Assembly (NCBI GenBank): GCA_964270895.1
Contig: OZ185437.1
Length of the DNA stretch: 64,000 nt
Source of the DNA: Podarcis filfolensis
Lineage: Eukaryota
Direction: 5' to 3' (one strand)
Part shown: piece after piece, positions 21,495 to 32,372 of the stretch
Numbering within the stretch: position 1 is the stretch's first letter
How the letters are laid out: every line of letters begins with the position of its first letter
Translations under genes and position numbers: made by a program
Notes under the pieces: model-generated
What the model saw: only the letters and a program-made list of their open reading frames with translations
Told to the model about the DNA's origin: nothing
Databases searched by the model: none

Positions 21495-24400
21495 TTTCCA
21501 CTTATCACCGGGATTACTTCTACCTGATATCTGATCCTCTTCATCTGTTTTTAAATTCAAACAGCTCCTTAAAACACTTCAGTTCACCCTGATAGATTCC
21601 AATTGACCTCCTCCACATTTACTTTCTTTCCTCCCTCCCTAATGTGTCTTGCCTTTATTCTTAAATTATGTGTCTGTGGCTAGGATCTCTGTAGGGTTCT
21701 GGTTAGTTTTTTAGGGCTTCTATAAATGAATAATTGGTGTAGATGGCTAACCTCTTAGTAAAATGACTGTATCAAAGCTCATTGTATTATCTCAGTGAAA
21801 AGGCTCTTCACAGGCCTCCATTTTGTCATGGGTCTGTGAAATGCCACTGTAATAAAATTTCACATTGGGTTTCTAAATGCTGCCTTGGTACGAATTAATG
21901 GAGGTATTCACTTCCATGCAAGTATGCTTTTGAGTCACTCACTTTATAGATGAATTTGGCCCAACAGTCTTTGGAAACCCTGATACAATGTGTCATCAAA
22001 AATGATAATGTCCACTCTGTAAGTCTTAATTAATGCCTAATGAAAGCAGAACATCTAAAGAGTTGCTTTTGGAAAAATTCAATTGCAAAATTAATTCAGA
22101 CAGAACAGTGTGCATTTTGCAGTGAATACAGAAGGAGTTTGTGGTGACAGGGCTTTCAGAAGTAGTAGTTACTGAAGCATTGCTGAAGCAGAGCTAAGCC
22201 CTCAGAATAAACACAGGCAAGTGGAGTTGTTGCAAGTTTCTCACCACACAAACAGTACAGGGTCAAGAGGATTTGCTTGGAAGTAAATATGTTTCTAAAC
22301 AGATAGACTATGTTGCTAGAATGCATTTTGCCTCTTTTTACTGATAGGGTTTAATTTTCATTTTTCAGTAAAGTTCCCTGCCACTACAAAGTTGTCTTTA
22401 ATGAAGCTTAAATTACACTTTCCATTTGCTTTAGAGTCTTTTGCACATCCATATCACAATAAAGTAGCATTAATACCATAGGCATAAGACGACCATACAT
22501 AAAGTTTGCTTGGGCTCATGAGCAGCAGATTCTGCAATTACTTCATCCACCATACCGATCTGGTGCTCAAGAGTGGATGCTCCAAAGGAACTGAAAAAAA
22601 TATATTGTTAAGCAATATATTGTTATTGTAGACATCATACCACACCAGTGTTCTTTTACTCTTTTATTTCCCACTTGTATGTATTTGTTATAACCTTAGC
22701 ACTTCTGTATAATAACACTTTCCCTTTTGAAATTGGGATGATTGATGGTAAAACTGAGCAAAAGCTTTTGGTTTTAACTGCAAAGTTATAAAACCTTAAG
22801 CGCAAACTTCTGATATAAGTTCAATTTGACTGGCACGGCAAGGAGCCGCATAGATTTCACTAATGGTTGCAAAGCAAACTTGGATTTACCCTGCCTGCTC
22901 ACTGTAATTGTATTTCAAAGCTTACTGTGCAAAACCCATTAGGCCAGTGAAAATTAGTTTTTAGTGTGTTTTGCTCCAGGTGATAGCTTTAGTAGACAGG
23001 GCGTTTTGGTTAAAGCAAGACAAGGCATTCAGGAAGGACAGCTCCGTGCAGCAAGTTTAGAAAGTTGCTTCAGCAACAGATGACTCCAGACTAAACCTTA
23101 GGAAGGCTACAGCTCTGAGTGGTTACCTCCAACCCCAGTGGGAGAAGCTCTTCCATTTAAAAGAACCCTGCCTGCTTTAGCAATTGCAAGCTCATGTGGC
23201 ACTGGGCAGAGAGTGGTTCTATTGGAGCTTTTGGACTCAGAGTTGAAGGGTGGCAATGCCACTGGCTCAGGCCAGAGAGGTGTGGACCAAATTGCATTCC
23301 CCTGGAGCTTTCAGGGCAGTGGGAACCACCATGGCTATGAAAAACCACCATGCTTATCTTTGTGGCAATTCCTTCCCAGCCTGAGATTCTTCCTCCAAGT
23401 CCATAGCCTCATCCTCTGAAGAAGGAAAGTTAGACCATGACTTCATGGCACACAACATATCACAAATCAATGGCTCGTGATGGGGATTTCTGCTCAAAGA
23501 AGACTTACCACTGGGAATATATGGCTCTCTCTCTCTAAGCCAGAATCGAGGTACCCATGGAATAGCTGGGGAAGGTTTTGTTTCTGAAGACTGCCTGTTA
23601 TTTCTCACTCATAAAGTCTGGCAAAGCTAGATTTTTGCATGAGGAGTTATATTGGCACGTGCAAACGGGGTGCAAAATATGAAACACAAAATGCATGCAC
23701 ACGTGCAATACTGGCCAGTGCAAACAGTTTTCATACACCAGTGATATTCTAAATTGTGTTTCTTGTGATATGCTGTGTCAGCAGAATTTTTATCTGAAGT
23801 ATCACCCAAGCACATGTGTGCTTTTAAATGCCATAAGTTTTTAAGCAACACTGAGCTGCACTCAGAGTTGGCTTGCATGAATGAAAAGGAACTTTCATTC
23901 ATACAAGACAGCCCCCTCCCCAGTACCCCATCCCAGGGTAGCCACAGCAAGGAGAAGAGGACAGAAAAGCCTCATTTTCCATTTGAGTATTACTGGATGG
24001 AACCCTTAGATTTTGAATATTGTGATATATCTATATATCTAACTATACATAAATATGTGAATACTTGTAATGTGATTTTAAACCTTGTTCATACTAATTA
24101 TTTTTTGCTAAGTTTTAAGACTGTAGGAAGAGCAAAACCAGAGTAATTTTTCTCTCTGTACCCAAAAAAATAAATAAATGCATTAATAGTGTAATACTGA
24201 CTTTTATTCAAATAGGTATATGTAGAGAGGTATAATTCAGGCTTTGGTCTAAAACAAAACGCCAAACAGCACAAAACACAACAAAAACAATAGCAGTTTT
24301 GCGGCTTACATCATGAACCATGGTTCATTATATCATACTATAAAGCAGGTTAATGCCAGAAAGGATTTGTGTTATTTTTAAGTACAACAGCCAGTTTAAA

Positions 24401-25309
24401 TGTTGGCTTTGAACAAAACTACCAGCAGACACTGACAGCCATTTTGTAGGAGTCAAAATCAATGAATGTACCACTGAATTATAAAGACTAGGTCCTCCTC
24501 CTCCTCATTGATTCAAACAACAATAAGCCCATTGACTTTAGTAGGAGGTGGATTGGGCCCTAAAAACTGTCTGTTAACTTTCTTGGATGGGTTTCTTGCT
24601 CCTTTTTGTAAGATGGATAATAAAACTGAAGTTTCTCTGAAAGGCTGCAGGGAGCTGGATTCTGAAGCACTGAGTTAGAAAATGCAGCCTTTGGGCATAG
24701 TGTGCTTTGTATTAGCTTGGTTAGGGAGAGAACAGTAAATGAAAACTAAGCAAAAATGACAAATGGATGCCTCTTTAGATTTTTGGAAGAAGAAATTTAA
24801 CAGGCAAGATGAAAATCATACTTGGTTATCAACTAAAATTGTATGTCCTGTTTTCACTGTTCCCTCTGCTCAAAGACTAAAGACTGAGATCACATGAGCA
24901 AAATGATGTTGTAACAATAACATTTCGTCATACCTGAACTGGTTCTGAGAAAGAATTTCCTGTCACCCTGGGGTAAATATTCTATATAAGCTTAAATTGG
25001 GAGGTGTTTAAAACTGCAGCTTTATTGCCTTCTGTTTGTTGCTGTGGCCATCCTCCCCTCTACCCCAGCCTGTTGACTTTGTGCCTGAGGCTGCAATCTT
25101 ATGCATAGAAATAAATATTTACATGGAAATAAACCTCACAGAACTATTTGGACTTCATCCTGAGTAAACAAGTATAGACTCAAACTGTTAAAATGTGTCA
25201 AGTTGTTGTACTGAGTGTATGTGTGTCTGTGTGTATGCATTCCAAATGTTCCTGTGAAAGGATGAAGGAGAAACTCAATTTTGTTTGCATTTTAATGAGA
25301 AACTACATA

Positions 25310-25567
25310 CCGTATTTTTTGCTCTATAAGACTCACTTTTTCCTCCTAAAAAGTAAGGGGAAATGTGTATGCATCTTATGAACCGAATGCAGGCTGCGCA
25401 GCTATCCCAGAAGCCAGAACAGCAAGAGGGATTGCTGCTTTCACTGCACAGTGATCCCTCTTGCTGTTCTGGCTTCTGAGATTCAGAATATTTTTTTTCT
25501 TGTTTTCCTCCTCCAAAAACTAGGTGCGCCTTGTGGTTTGGTGCGTCTTATAGAGTGAAGAATACGG
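25310..25567 (+). mobile_element. Tc2/pogo-like MITE, short form
   Basis: TIRs as in 2070-2321; TA at 25308-25309 and 25568-25569; perfect internal 25-bp inverted repeat 25408-25432 / 25454-25478. Confidence 0.9.
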
Positions 25568-25569
25568 TA

Positions 25570-25934
25570 ATTCATATTTCTTGAACCAGTATGCAAATGA
25601 AATCATATTTATCCTTAAAATTTTGCGCTTCTCTGAATTTTTCAATACAGTTCTCTAACAAAACAATGTGTATAAAAGTGAATTTATTAAGAGAAAATAT
25701 GCATAAAAACACAGTGACAATAACATGCAAAAATATATTACCTTGGGGGAAATTGTTTCAGAAATGTGTACATTAGTCAAAACTATCTACAAAAATGTGT
25801 TTATTAGGATCAATTTGCACTAAAATCTGACTAATTTTAAGAGGCTTTTAAAAATGGACATAGAAATGTTGATAATTGGATTTAAGATTGGAAAAATGAG
25901 AAACAAGAGGAAAAACTGAAATTAACCATCCCTA
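25570..25934 (-). mobile_element. AT-rich interspersed element copy
   Basis: Ends aagattggaaaaatgagaaac...accatcccta, the reverse complement of the family left end. Confidence 0.65.
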
Positions 25935-26149
25935 TTCCTATGTAGGGTCAATCATATATGAATGTAGGGTAGGATTGACCTTACCAGTTGTAGTATTATC
26001 ACTTGGAATGTTAGCCTGCCCCCCCCCCCATCTCCTTGCTCTTAAATAATAGAAATACAGGGAGGAAATAAGACTGTATCTAGAAGTGGGGAAGAAATTC
26101 AGTTCAGTTAGCTTTTTGGTGTGAAGCTTCCTAAGTAACACTTGCTGAA

Positions 26150-26470
26150 ACAATATGCGGACTGAAATACAGATGTCCATAATTCAACACTTCTGTGAAT
26201 TTTGTAATGTAAATCTTTGACTAAACAATCTGTACAAAATCCACTTATTGTGGAAGGTGCTTCCAAAGATGTCTCTCTGTGTGTGGAGAAATGTGCATTA
26301 AGATGATGGCAAGGTCTTCTGATGTTTGTTTTTTTTAAAAAAAAGAAAGAAAGAAAGAAAGAAAAGAAAGAAAGAAAGAAAAAGAAAAATTCATACAAAT
26401 ATGAAAATGTGAACTGAAATAAAGATTGGAAAAATGAGATACTGAAATGGACAGATTTGTTCATCGCCTG
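26150..26470 (-). mobile_element. AT-rich interspersed element copy with an internal (AAAG)n
   Basis: aaagattggaaaaatgagatactgaaatggacagattt matches the reverse complement of the family left end. Confidence 0.5.
26337..26389. repeat. (AAAG)n microsatellite
   Basis: Directly visible. Confidence 0.95.
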
Positions 26471-27344
26471 TTGTCTCCAACAAACCTCTTTCACAAGGGA
26501 AAACCCCTCCTCCCTACTACAACCCATGTATCAGCTGCAAAGCCTCATCTGTGGGTGAGAAGGCTGGTGTTGAGAAGGCCTGGACTGTAAGAGAGGAAAG
26601 GAGAATCAGGTAGAAGCAATGTGTGTTACCTTGTAAGAAGAATCACTCTCCACAAAACGATTAAAATTGGTTGTGATTAAGAGTGGCCCTGAAGAAGATC
26701 CTAATTCAAAATGCATTTGGCCAGATAAAGTATCCTTATGAGCACCTGGAGAGGTTTCCTGTCCCATATTCCCTATTAATCAAATCACATCGCCTTCATC
26801 TCCCATAGTTATTAGCAGTCCTCATACTTTTCCTGATGAAATTTCTCCAGCACAATGAAAAAATCAGGGCTTTCTCAAGGGACTTTATAGAACATTGATC
26901 TTCTGTCTAGCTGAAATTAAATAAAACATTGATTGATCCTTTAGGTAAATTAACGGTTTCAGGCTTCAGTTAGTTAATTCTGAATACACTGAATGAAAAA
27001 CATGACAAAAATAGATCATAGTGAAACTAAAGCGAACACACTAAGTCACAGTTAAATCTTGCTAAATAATATCCACACCTACACAGCATTCAGATAAATA
27101 TAGCCTGCCTCATTCACCAATGTTAACACTGACAGGATAACTACTTGGCCATCATTCCCCACCCCCAGTTTCCTTTTGACCGCAGGTATGAATAGAAGTG
27201 AGTTCTTGAGTAGAATCCTTTTACTTTCTTACCTCATTTCAGCAACTGTGCATACTCACATACAGGGAGAGATGGAATAGTCTTGATACCAGTTCCTTTC
27301 ACACTTCTGATCAGCAAGTATGTTCCATCCTGTTTCTGTGTGGT

Positions 27345-27515
27345 AGGGTTATAGCTCAGTGGTAGAGCGTCTACCTTGTGTACCAGGTTCCTCAGCACCT
27401 CCAGGGAGGAACAGGGAGGAAGGACTGTCTGGAACCCTGGAGAGCTACTGCTAGTCGATGCAGGCAATTACTGAGCTAAATGAACCAATGGTCTGAGCCA
27501 GCTTCCTAGGTTCAT
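27345..27515 (+). mobile_element. tRNA-Ala-type SINE, decayed
   Basis: atagctcagtggtagagc A-box; body ggaaccctggagagctactgctagtc; tail ctgagctaaatgaaccaatggtctga...gcttcctaggttc. Confidence 0.7.
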
Positions 27516-27779
27516 ATGAGATGTTTAGGAAACTCCTAAAAATCCACCTGCTTTTGGTGAGATAAAAAAATTAATGTACTTATGAGGTGATCCAAGGGAT
27601 TCCTTCCTTCTAAAAAACATTGTCAAGCTACTTGAAATAGTAAGCAAAAGCAGCACAGTGCCACACAAGTAAAACAACTTTTTTTAAATGTTCCAGGAAG
27701 GAGTTGTTATCACATTGTGCAGTTTCTTCCTGGAGAACTATAGGGAGAAAAAGATAGCTGTCCCATAAGTACAAGGAGA

Positions 27780-27840
27780 TATTAGGTATTGTACATGTAG
27801 TCTTCTGCATCTGCTCTACCACTGAACTAAGGCCTCTCCC
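27780..27840 (-). mobile_element. tRNA-derived SINE head remnant
   Basis: catctgctctaccactgaactaagg is the reverse complement of an A-box region. Confidence 0.45.
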
Positions 27841-28644
27841 TTGGGGACGTGTGCATTTAAAAAATGGTTTTGCGCTGCCAATCTGGAGTAAATAACTGCC
27901 TCTATGCAAGCATAGCCTTGTGTCAATCCACCACAAGAATTTAACCTCCATGTCTTGTTAGTAGAAAGAGGAGAATGAACAAAAGCTTAGTGGTTCCATT
28001 TGTTTGTTGGCCACTGTCAGGGGGCTGTGCCCATTGTTCATTTCTCTCAGCACTTCTATTTTCAACATTATTTCTGACTAAGCAGAAGACTTCAATTTCT
28101 TCCATGAGGCTTTAGCATTTATCTTAGCCATGTGTTAGAACTTGGCATTGTAAAATCTGGTCGTCCTTTGAAATGCTGCTTCCTCCCACTGATGCGTGCT
28201 GTGATAAGACAGAATTACTCACTCTAGGTGTTTATAAAGGTTAACAAGAGATTTATTCAGAGCTGTAGACGAGTCAGATGCTTGGATGAGGCAACACTGC
28301 AGTAGGGAGTGCTATGAAACAACTAAAAATAAAACAAAAAAATAGGTGCAACACCTAACCAGAGCGCCCACGCTCAATATGTATGTAATCTACTTTGGGT
28401 CCTTAGAATAAGATCACCCTATAAGTGAATAAACATCACAAAAAAGATCAATGTAAGAGGGCTAATATTACAGTGGATGGATATTTTCCCCAAGTGATGT
28501 GCTCCACACTTGTTTATTAATTATAACCAGCATTACTTTCACAAGGGTAAGTTCTGTCTAACTAAATTTTAGAGTTCAATGAGAGTAGCTTTCAAATGAA
28601 GGCCCTCACTTCCTGAGTTAGCTTACCAAACATTGGAGAAGAGG

Positions 28645-29000
28645 ACAGGTCCTCTATGGATCAGTAGCAGGTTAAATAACAGGAGACAGGGAATAAATGG
28701 ATGATTCTCACAATGGAGGGATGTAAGAAGTGAGTTCCACCAAGGAATCAGTATTTGGACCTGTGTTTTTTAACTTGTTTGTAAATCATCTGGCAGGGGT
28801 GAGCTGTGAGGCGGCCAAGTTTGTGGATGATGCCAAATTGTTCAGTGTAGTAAGGACAAAAGGGTTTGTGGGAGAGGCCCCAGTAAGTACTTCGTCACAC
28901 AGTGCATAGTTTAACTGCTGGAGTCACTATCACAAGACAGCAATAGCTATCAAGTTGAGTGGATTTAAAAGCAGGTTAGACAACTTCATGGCCAAATAAG
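28645..29000 (+). mobile_element. CR1 LINE RT fragment with a large internal deletion
   Basis: Decayed QGSV-GPV-FNLF motif and AKFVDDAKLF (KFADD-like), joined directly to the ORF end GFKSRLDNFM. Confidence 0.75.
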
Positions 29001-29154
29001 GGCTGGATTCAAATAAGTAGGTGCATTAGTGGGAGCCAGCTTCCCCGCTCTCCTCCCAGAATAGGCTCGGCGGTGTCTAGACAACTCGCAAAACAGAGTG
29101 TAGGAGGAGAGGAGAGACTGTACTATTGGGCGAACTGAAATGCTTGTGCTATAG

Positions 29155-29518
29155 GTAAAAAAGGTAAAGGACCCTTGGACGGTTAAGTCTGGTCAAAGGC
29201 AACTATGGGGTTGCAGTGCTCATCTAGCCTTCAGGGCGAGGGAGCTGGCATTTGTCCACAGACAGTTTTCCAGGTCATGTGGCCAGCATGACTAAACTGC
29301 TACTGGTGTACAGAGGACCATGACAAGTGCCAGAGCGCATGGAAATGCCGTTTACCTTTCTGCCTGTTTATCTACTTGCATTGGCATGCTTTCGACCTGC
29401 TAGATTGGCAGGAGCTGGGACAGAGCAACGGGAGCTCTGTCCCAATTCGAACCGCTGACCTTCCAATCAGCAAGCCCAAGAGGCTCAGTGGTTTAGACCA
29501 TAGCGCCACCTGCGTCCC
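29155..29518 (-). mobile_element. Sauria SINE
   Basis: Tail gtaaaaaaggtaaagg, head cgccacctgcgtccc; short TSD tatag at 29150-29154 and 29519-29523. Confidence 0.9.
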
Positions 29519-29567
29519 TATAGAATATGCTATAGAATGGTTGGAACAGCATAATATTGGATTCCTC

Positions 29568-29705
29568 CCAATGGCTGTCATAGCTGTGTATTACCTCCAG
29601 TATCAGAGGCAGTATATAAAGCCAGTAGTTGGGGTGATTGTTTTTGTCTTGCTCATGGACTTGCTATAAGCATCTGGTTGGCCACTGTGAAAGCAGGACT
29701 CTTGT
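29568..29705 (+). mobile_element. CR1 3' UTR fragment
   Basis: caatggct...ctcc...cagaggcagt...gcatctggttggccactgtga motif chain shared with 39430-39650 and 50528-50616. Confidence 0.55.
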
Positions 29706-30524
29706 GCTCTCTCGTGCTCTCGTGGCAAATTAGAAGCCCTAATTAATGTATTTATTTTCAACTCAACCACTTTCTATAAATCTTGAATTTACAATGTACA
29801 TGAAGCATGCTTTGAATGACCATCTGATAAGCAGGCCTTCTAAATGAGACCATCTGTTCTTCATGCCTCTAAATGTGAGCACCAGATATCCCAGGAGGAA
29901 ATAACCTGCATAGATTGCTTCTTTCGAGGTCTACATAGTTTTTTTTAAAAGTCACCTGTTTGCAAAGTAAAACGGACATTTAGTTAGGATTTCATATTTG
30001 AAGTTCTGGGTTGAATTTATTACTAACAAAACCAATTAGTTTCAACCTGGGGGGAAAAGCAAGCTTTGAAATCAATTGGACCTAAATGCACTTGACTTTG
30101 GTTGGATCATGCCCAGAACATGCCACCCCTAATTGAAATAGAGCCTCCATTGGTTCTACCACGTATCCACCTAATTGCTTAATGTGTTTCAAACTACTGG
30201 GTGTTATGCTGGCTTCACACATCATCAAATAATGGTGTCCTGGACAAATCTGAACATGAAAAGTGTATGTGTTTTGTGCCTTCTCAAGATTGTAGCATAT
30301 AATTTCATATTCCTATGGTCCATTATAAAGACTAGCCTTCAAATTCAGCCCTGGCACTTAGGGCAGATACCCATATATGATGTAGCACGTGTCAGCCTCA
30401 ACACTGCAGGGTGCATCTCCTCTCTACCAGCATTCACACGTTTAATGCAAAGGTCAGAAGATGGCATGCAAGCATGTTTCCTTGGTCTTGCTTACAAGCC
30501 TCCTTGAAATTAGGAACCTTTGGG

Positions 30525-30802
30525 CAGTGGTGAAGCTGCATACTCCACTACCGGGGCGGAGAGCAGGCAGGGGCATGGCTGATGCCCCCGGAGGCATGAC
30601 ACACCCCCGGGGGCATGATACACCACCTGAGAGGGTGTGGCATGCATTCTGGGGATGTGGTGCACCGTCTGTGGGGGCGTGGCGCTCGGTGCACAGGGGG
30701 GTGCATGGTATGCATCCTGGGGGGCCACTGTGATGGCACCCTACTGGAATAGTGGTGCTGGGGGCGGTCCACTCCCCCTGCACTCCCGTTCCTCCACCAG
30801 TG
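30525..30802 (+). mobile_element. GC-rich hAT MITE
   Basis: Imperfect TIR cagtggtgaag / cctccaccagtg; perfect 8-bp TSD cctttggg at 30517-30524 and 30803-30810. Confidence 0.88.
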
Positions 30803-31112
30803 CCTTTGGGTAAACATGTGAAAGTCGACAGTAGAGCAGGCATGCCTGGGCACATACAGGCATTTGGCCAACAGATATGCCCAAGCCTTTCTACACAACT
30901 TTGCCCTTGCATGTCTTTGCTGAATGGCTGCAGAGGGCTACTATCTTCTCAATATAAAATGGGTTGAAATCTTAACTCCACTGTCAAAACCACACAACAC
31001 ACATGGTCAATCTCTTTATAGCCTTGAACAACTATATTTGCTTCCAAAATCAGGGTGGTAAAACCTTGGTTCATTGTTTCTCCTCCTGCCCAGTCTCAAA
31101 AATGTTCATGGA

Positions 31113-32203
31113 ATTTATGCGCCCCCTCGCCCAGCTTGTCCGGAGTTTTGGGCTGGGCTGCCATCAGTATGCTGATGACACCCAACTCTATCTGTTGATG
31201 GATGGCCATCCTGACTCGGCCCCAGACACACTGATCAGATGTTTGGAAGCTGTGGCTGGATGGCTACGTGGGAGCCGGTTGAAGTTAAATCCTTCGAAGA
31301 CAGAGGTCCTCTGGCAGGGACGGGACGATATGGGATTGAGGGGGCAACTCCCATCTCTTGCGGGGGTGCAATTAGTGCCAGCACCGTCCGTTAAGAGTTT
31401 GGGTGTAATCTTCGATACCTCCCTCTCCATGGAGGTGCAGTTTACAGCTATAACAGAGGCGGCATTTTTCCATCTCCGCCAAGCTAAGCAGTTGGCTCCT
31501 TACCTCTCTCGCCCTGACCTAGCCCCTGTGATCTACGCGATGATCACCTCCAGACTGGATTATTGTAACTCACTCTATGTGGGGCTACCCTTGAGACTGA
31601 CCCAGAAACTCCAGCGGGTGCAGAATGCCACAGCAAGACTCCTTACGGGGTCTTCGCTGCAAGATCACATTCACCCGGTGCTATACCAGTTGCACTGGCT
31701 CCCGGTGGAGTACAGGATCAGGTTTAAGGTGCTGGTTTTAACCTTTAAAGCCCTATACGGCCTAGGACCCTCGTACCTACGGGACCACCTCTCCTGGTAT
31801 GTCCCACAGAGGAACTTACGGTCTTGAAATAAAAACATCCTGAAGGTCCCAGGCCACAGAGAGGTTAGGCTGGCCTCAACTAGAACCAGGGCTTTTTCGG
31901 CTGTGGCCCCAATCTGGTGGAACGCTCTGTCACAAGAGACTAGGGCCCTGCGGGACTTGACATCTTTCCGCAGGGCCTGCAAGACAGAGCTGTTCCACCA
32001 GGCCTTTGGTCAGGGTGCAGCCTGACTCCCTCCTTTGGCAATCTTCACAGAACTTTAGCTTAATGGTTGCCATCAATTTGATTTTAATTAATTTTTATAA
32101 TGAAATGTTTTTAGAATGTTGCACTATTTTATTGTTGTTAGCCGCCCTGAGCCCGGCTTCGGCTGGGGAGGGCAGGATATAAATAAAATTTATATTTATT
32201 ATT
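31113..32203 (+). mobile_element. 5'-truncated L2-clade LINE (RT C-terminal half plus 3' UTR), relatively young
   Basis: HQYADDTQLY, LKLNPSKTEVL, KSLGVIFD, TSRLDYCNSL and LHWLPVEYRIRFK; one in-frame stop at 31825-31827, then the frame continues to ELFHQAFG; stem-loop tail gccgccctgagcccggcttcggctggggagggcaggatataaataaaa. Confidence 0.93.
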
Positions 32204-32231
32204 CTATCCCAATCTTACATTAAGCCATTTT

Positions 32232-32372
32232 TGAGCAACCTGTGACCTTCCAGATGTTCTTGGACTACAACTCCCATCACCCCTGACCAATGGCCATGTG
32301 CTGGCTGGGGACGATTGGAGTTGGAGTCCCACAATATCTGGAGGGCAACAGGTTTTCCACCTTGCATTGCAC
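32232..32372. mobile_element. Palindromic hAT (Charlie-like) MITE
   Basis: Foldback structure ccttccagatgttcttggactacaactcccatc / gattggagttggagtcccacaatatctggaggg; related copy at 37075-37195. Confidence 0.75.

Noticed and set aside
22500-22590. Minus-strand acceptor (tttttttcag) with short open frames
   Set aside because: Peptides unrecognised and donor choice ambiguous.
30454-30967. Cluster of Pro/His/Gly-rich ORFs
   Set aside because: Products of the GC-rich hAT MITE.
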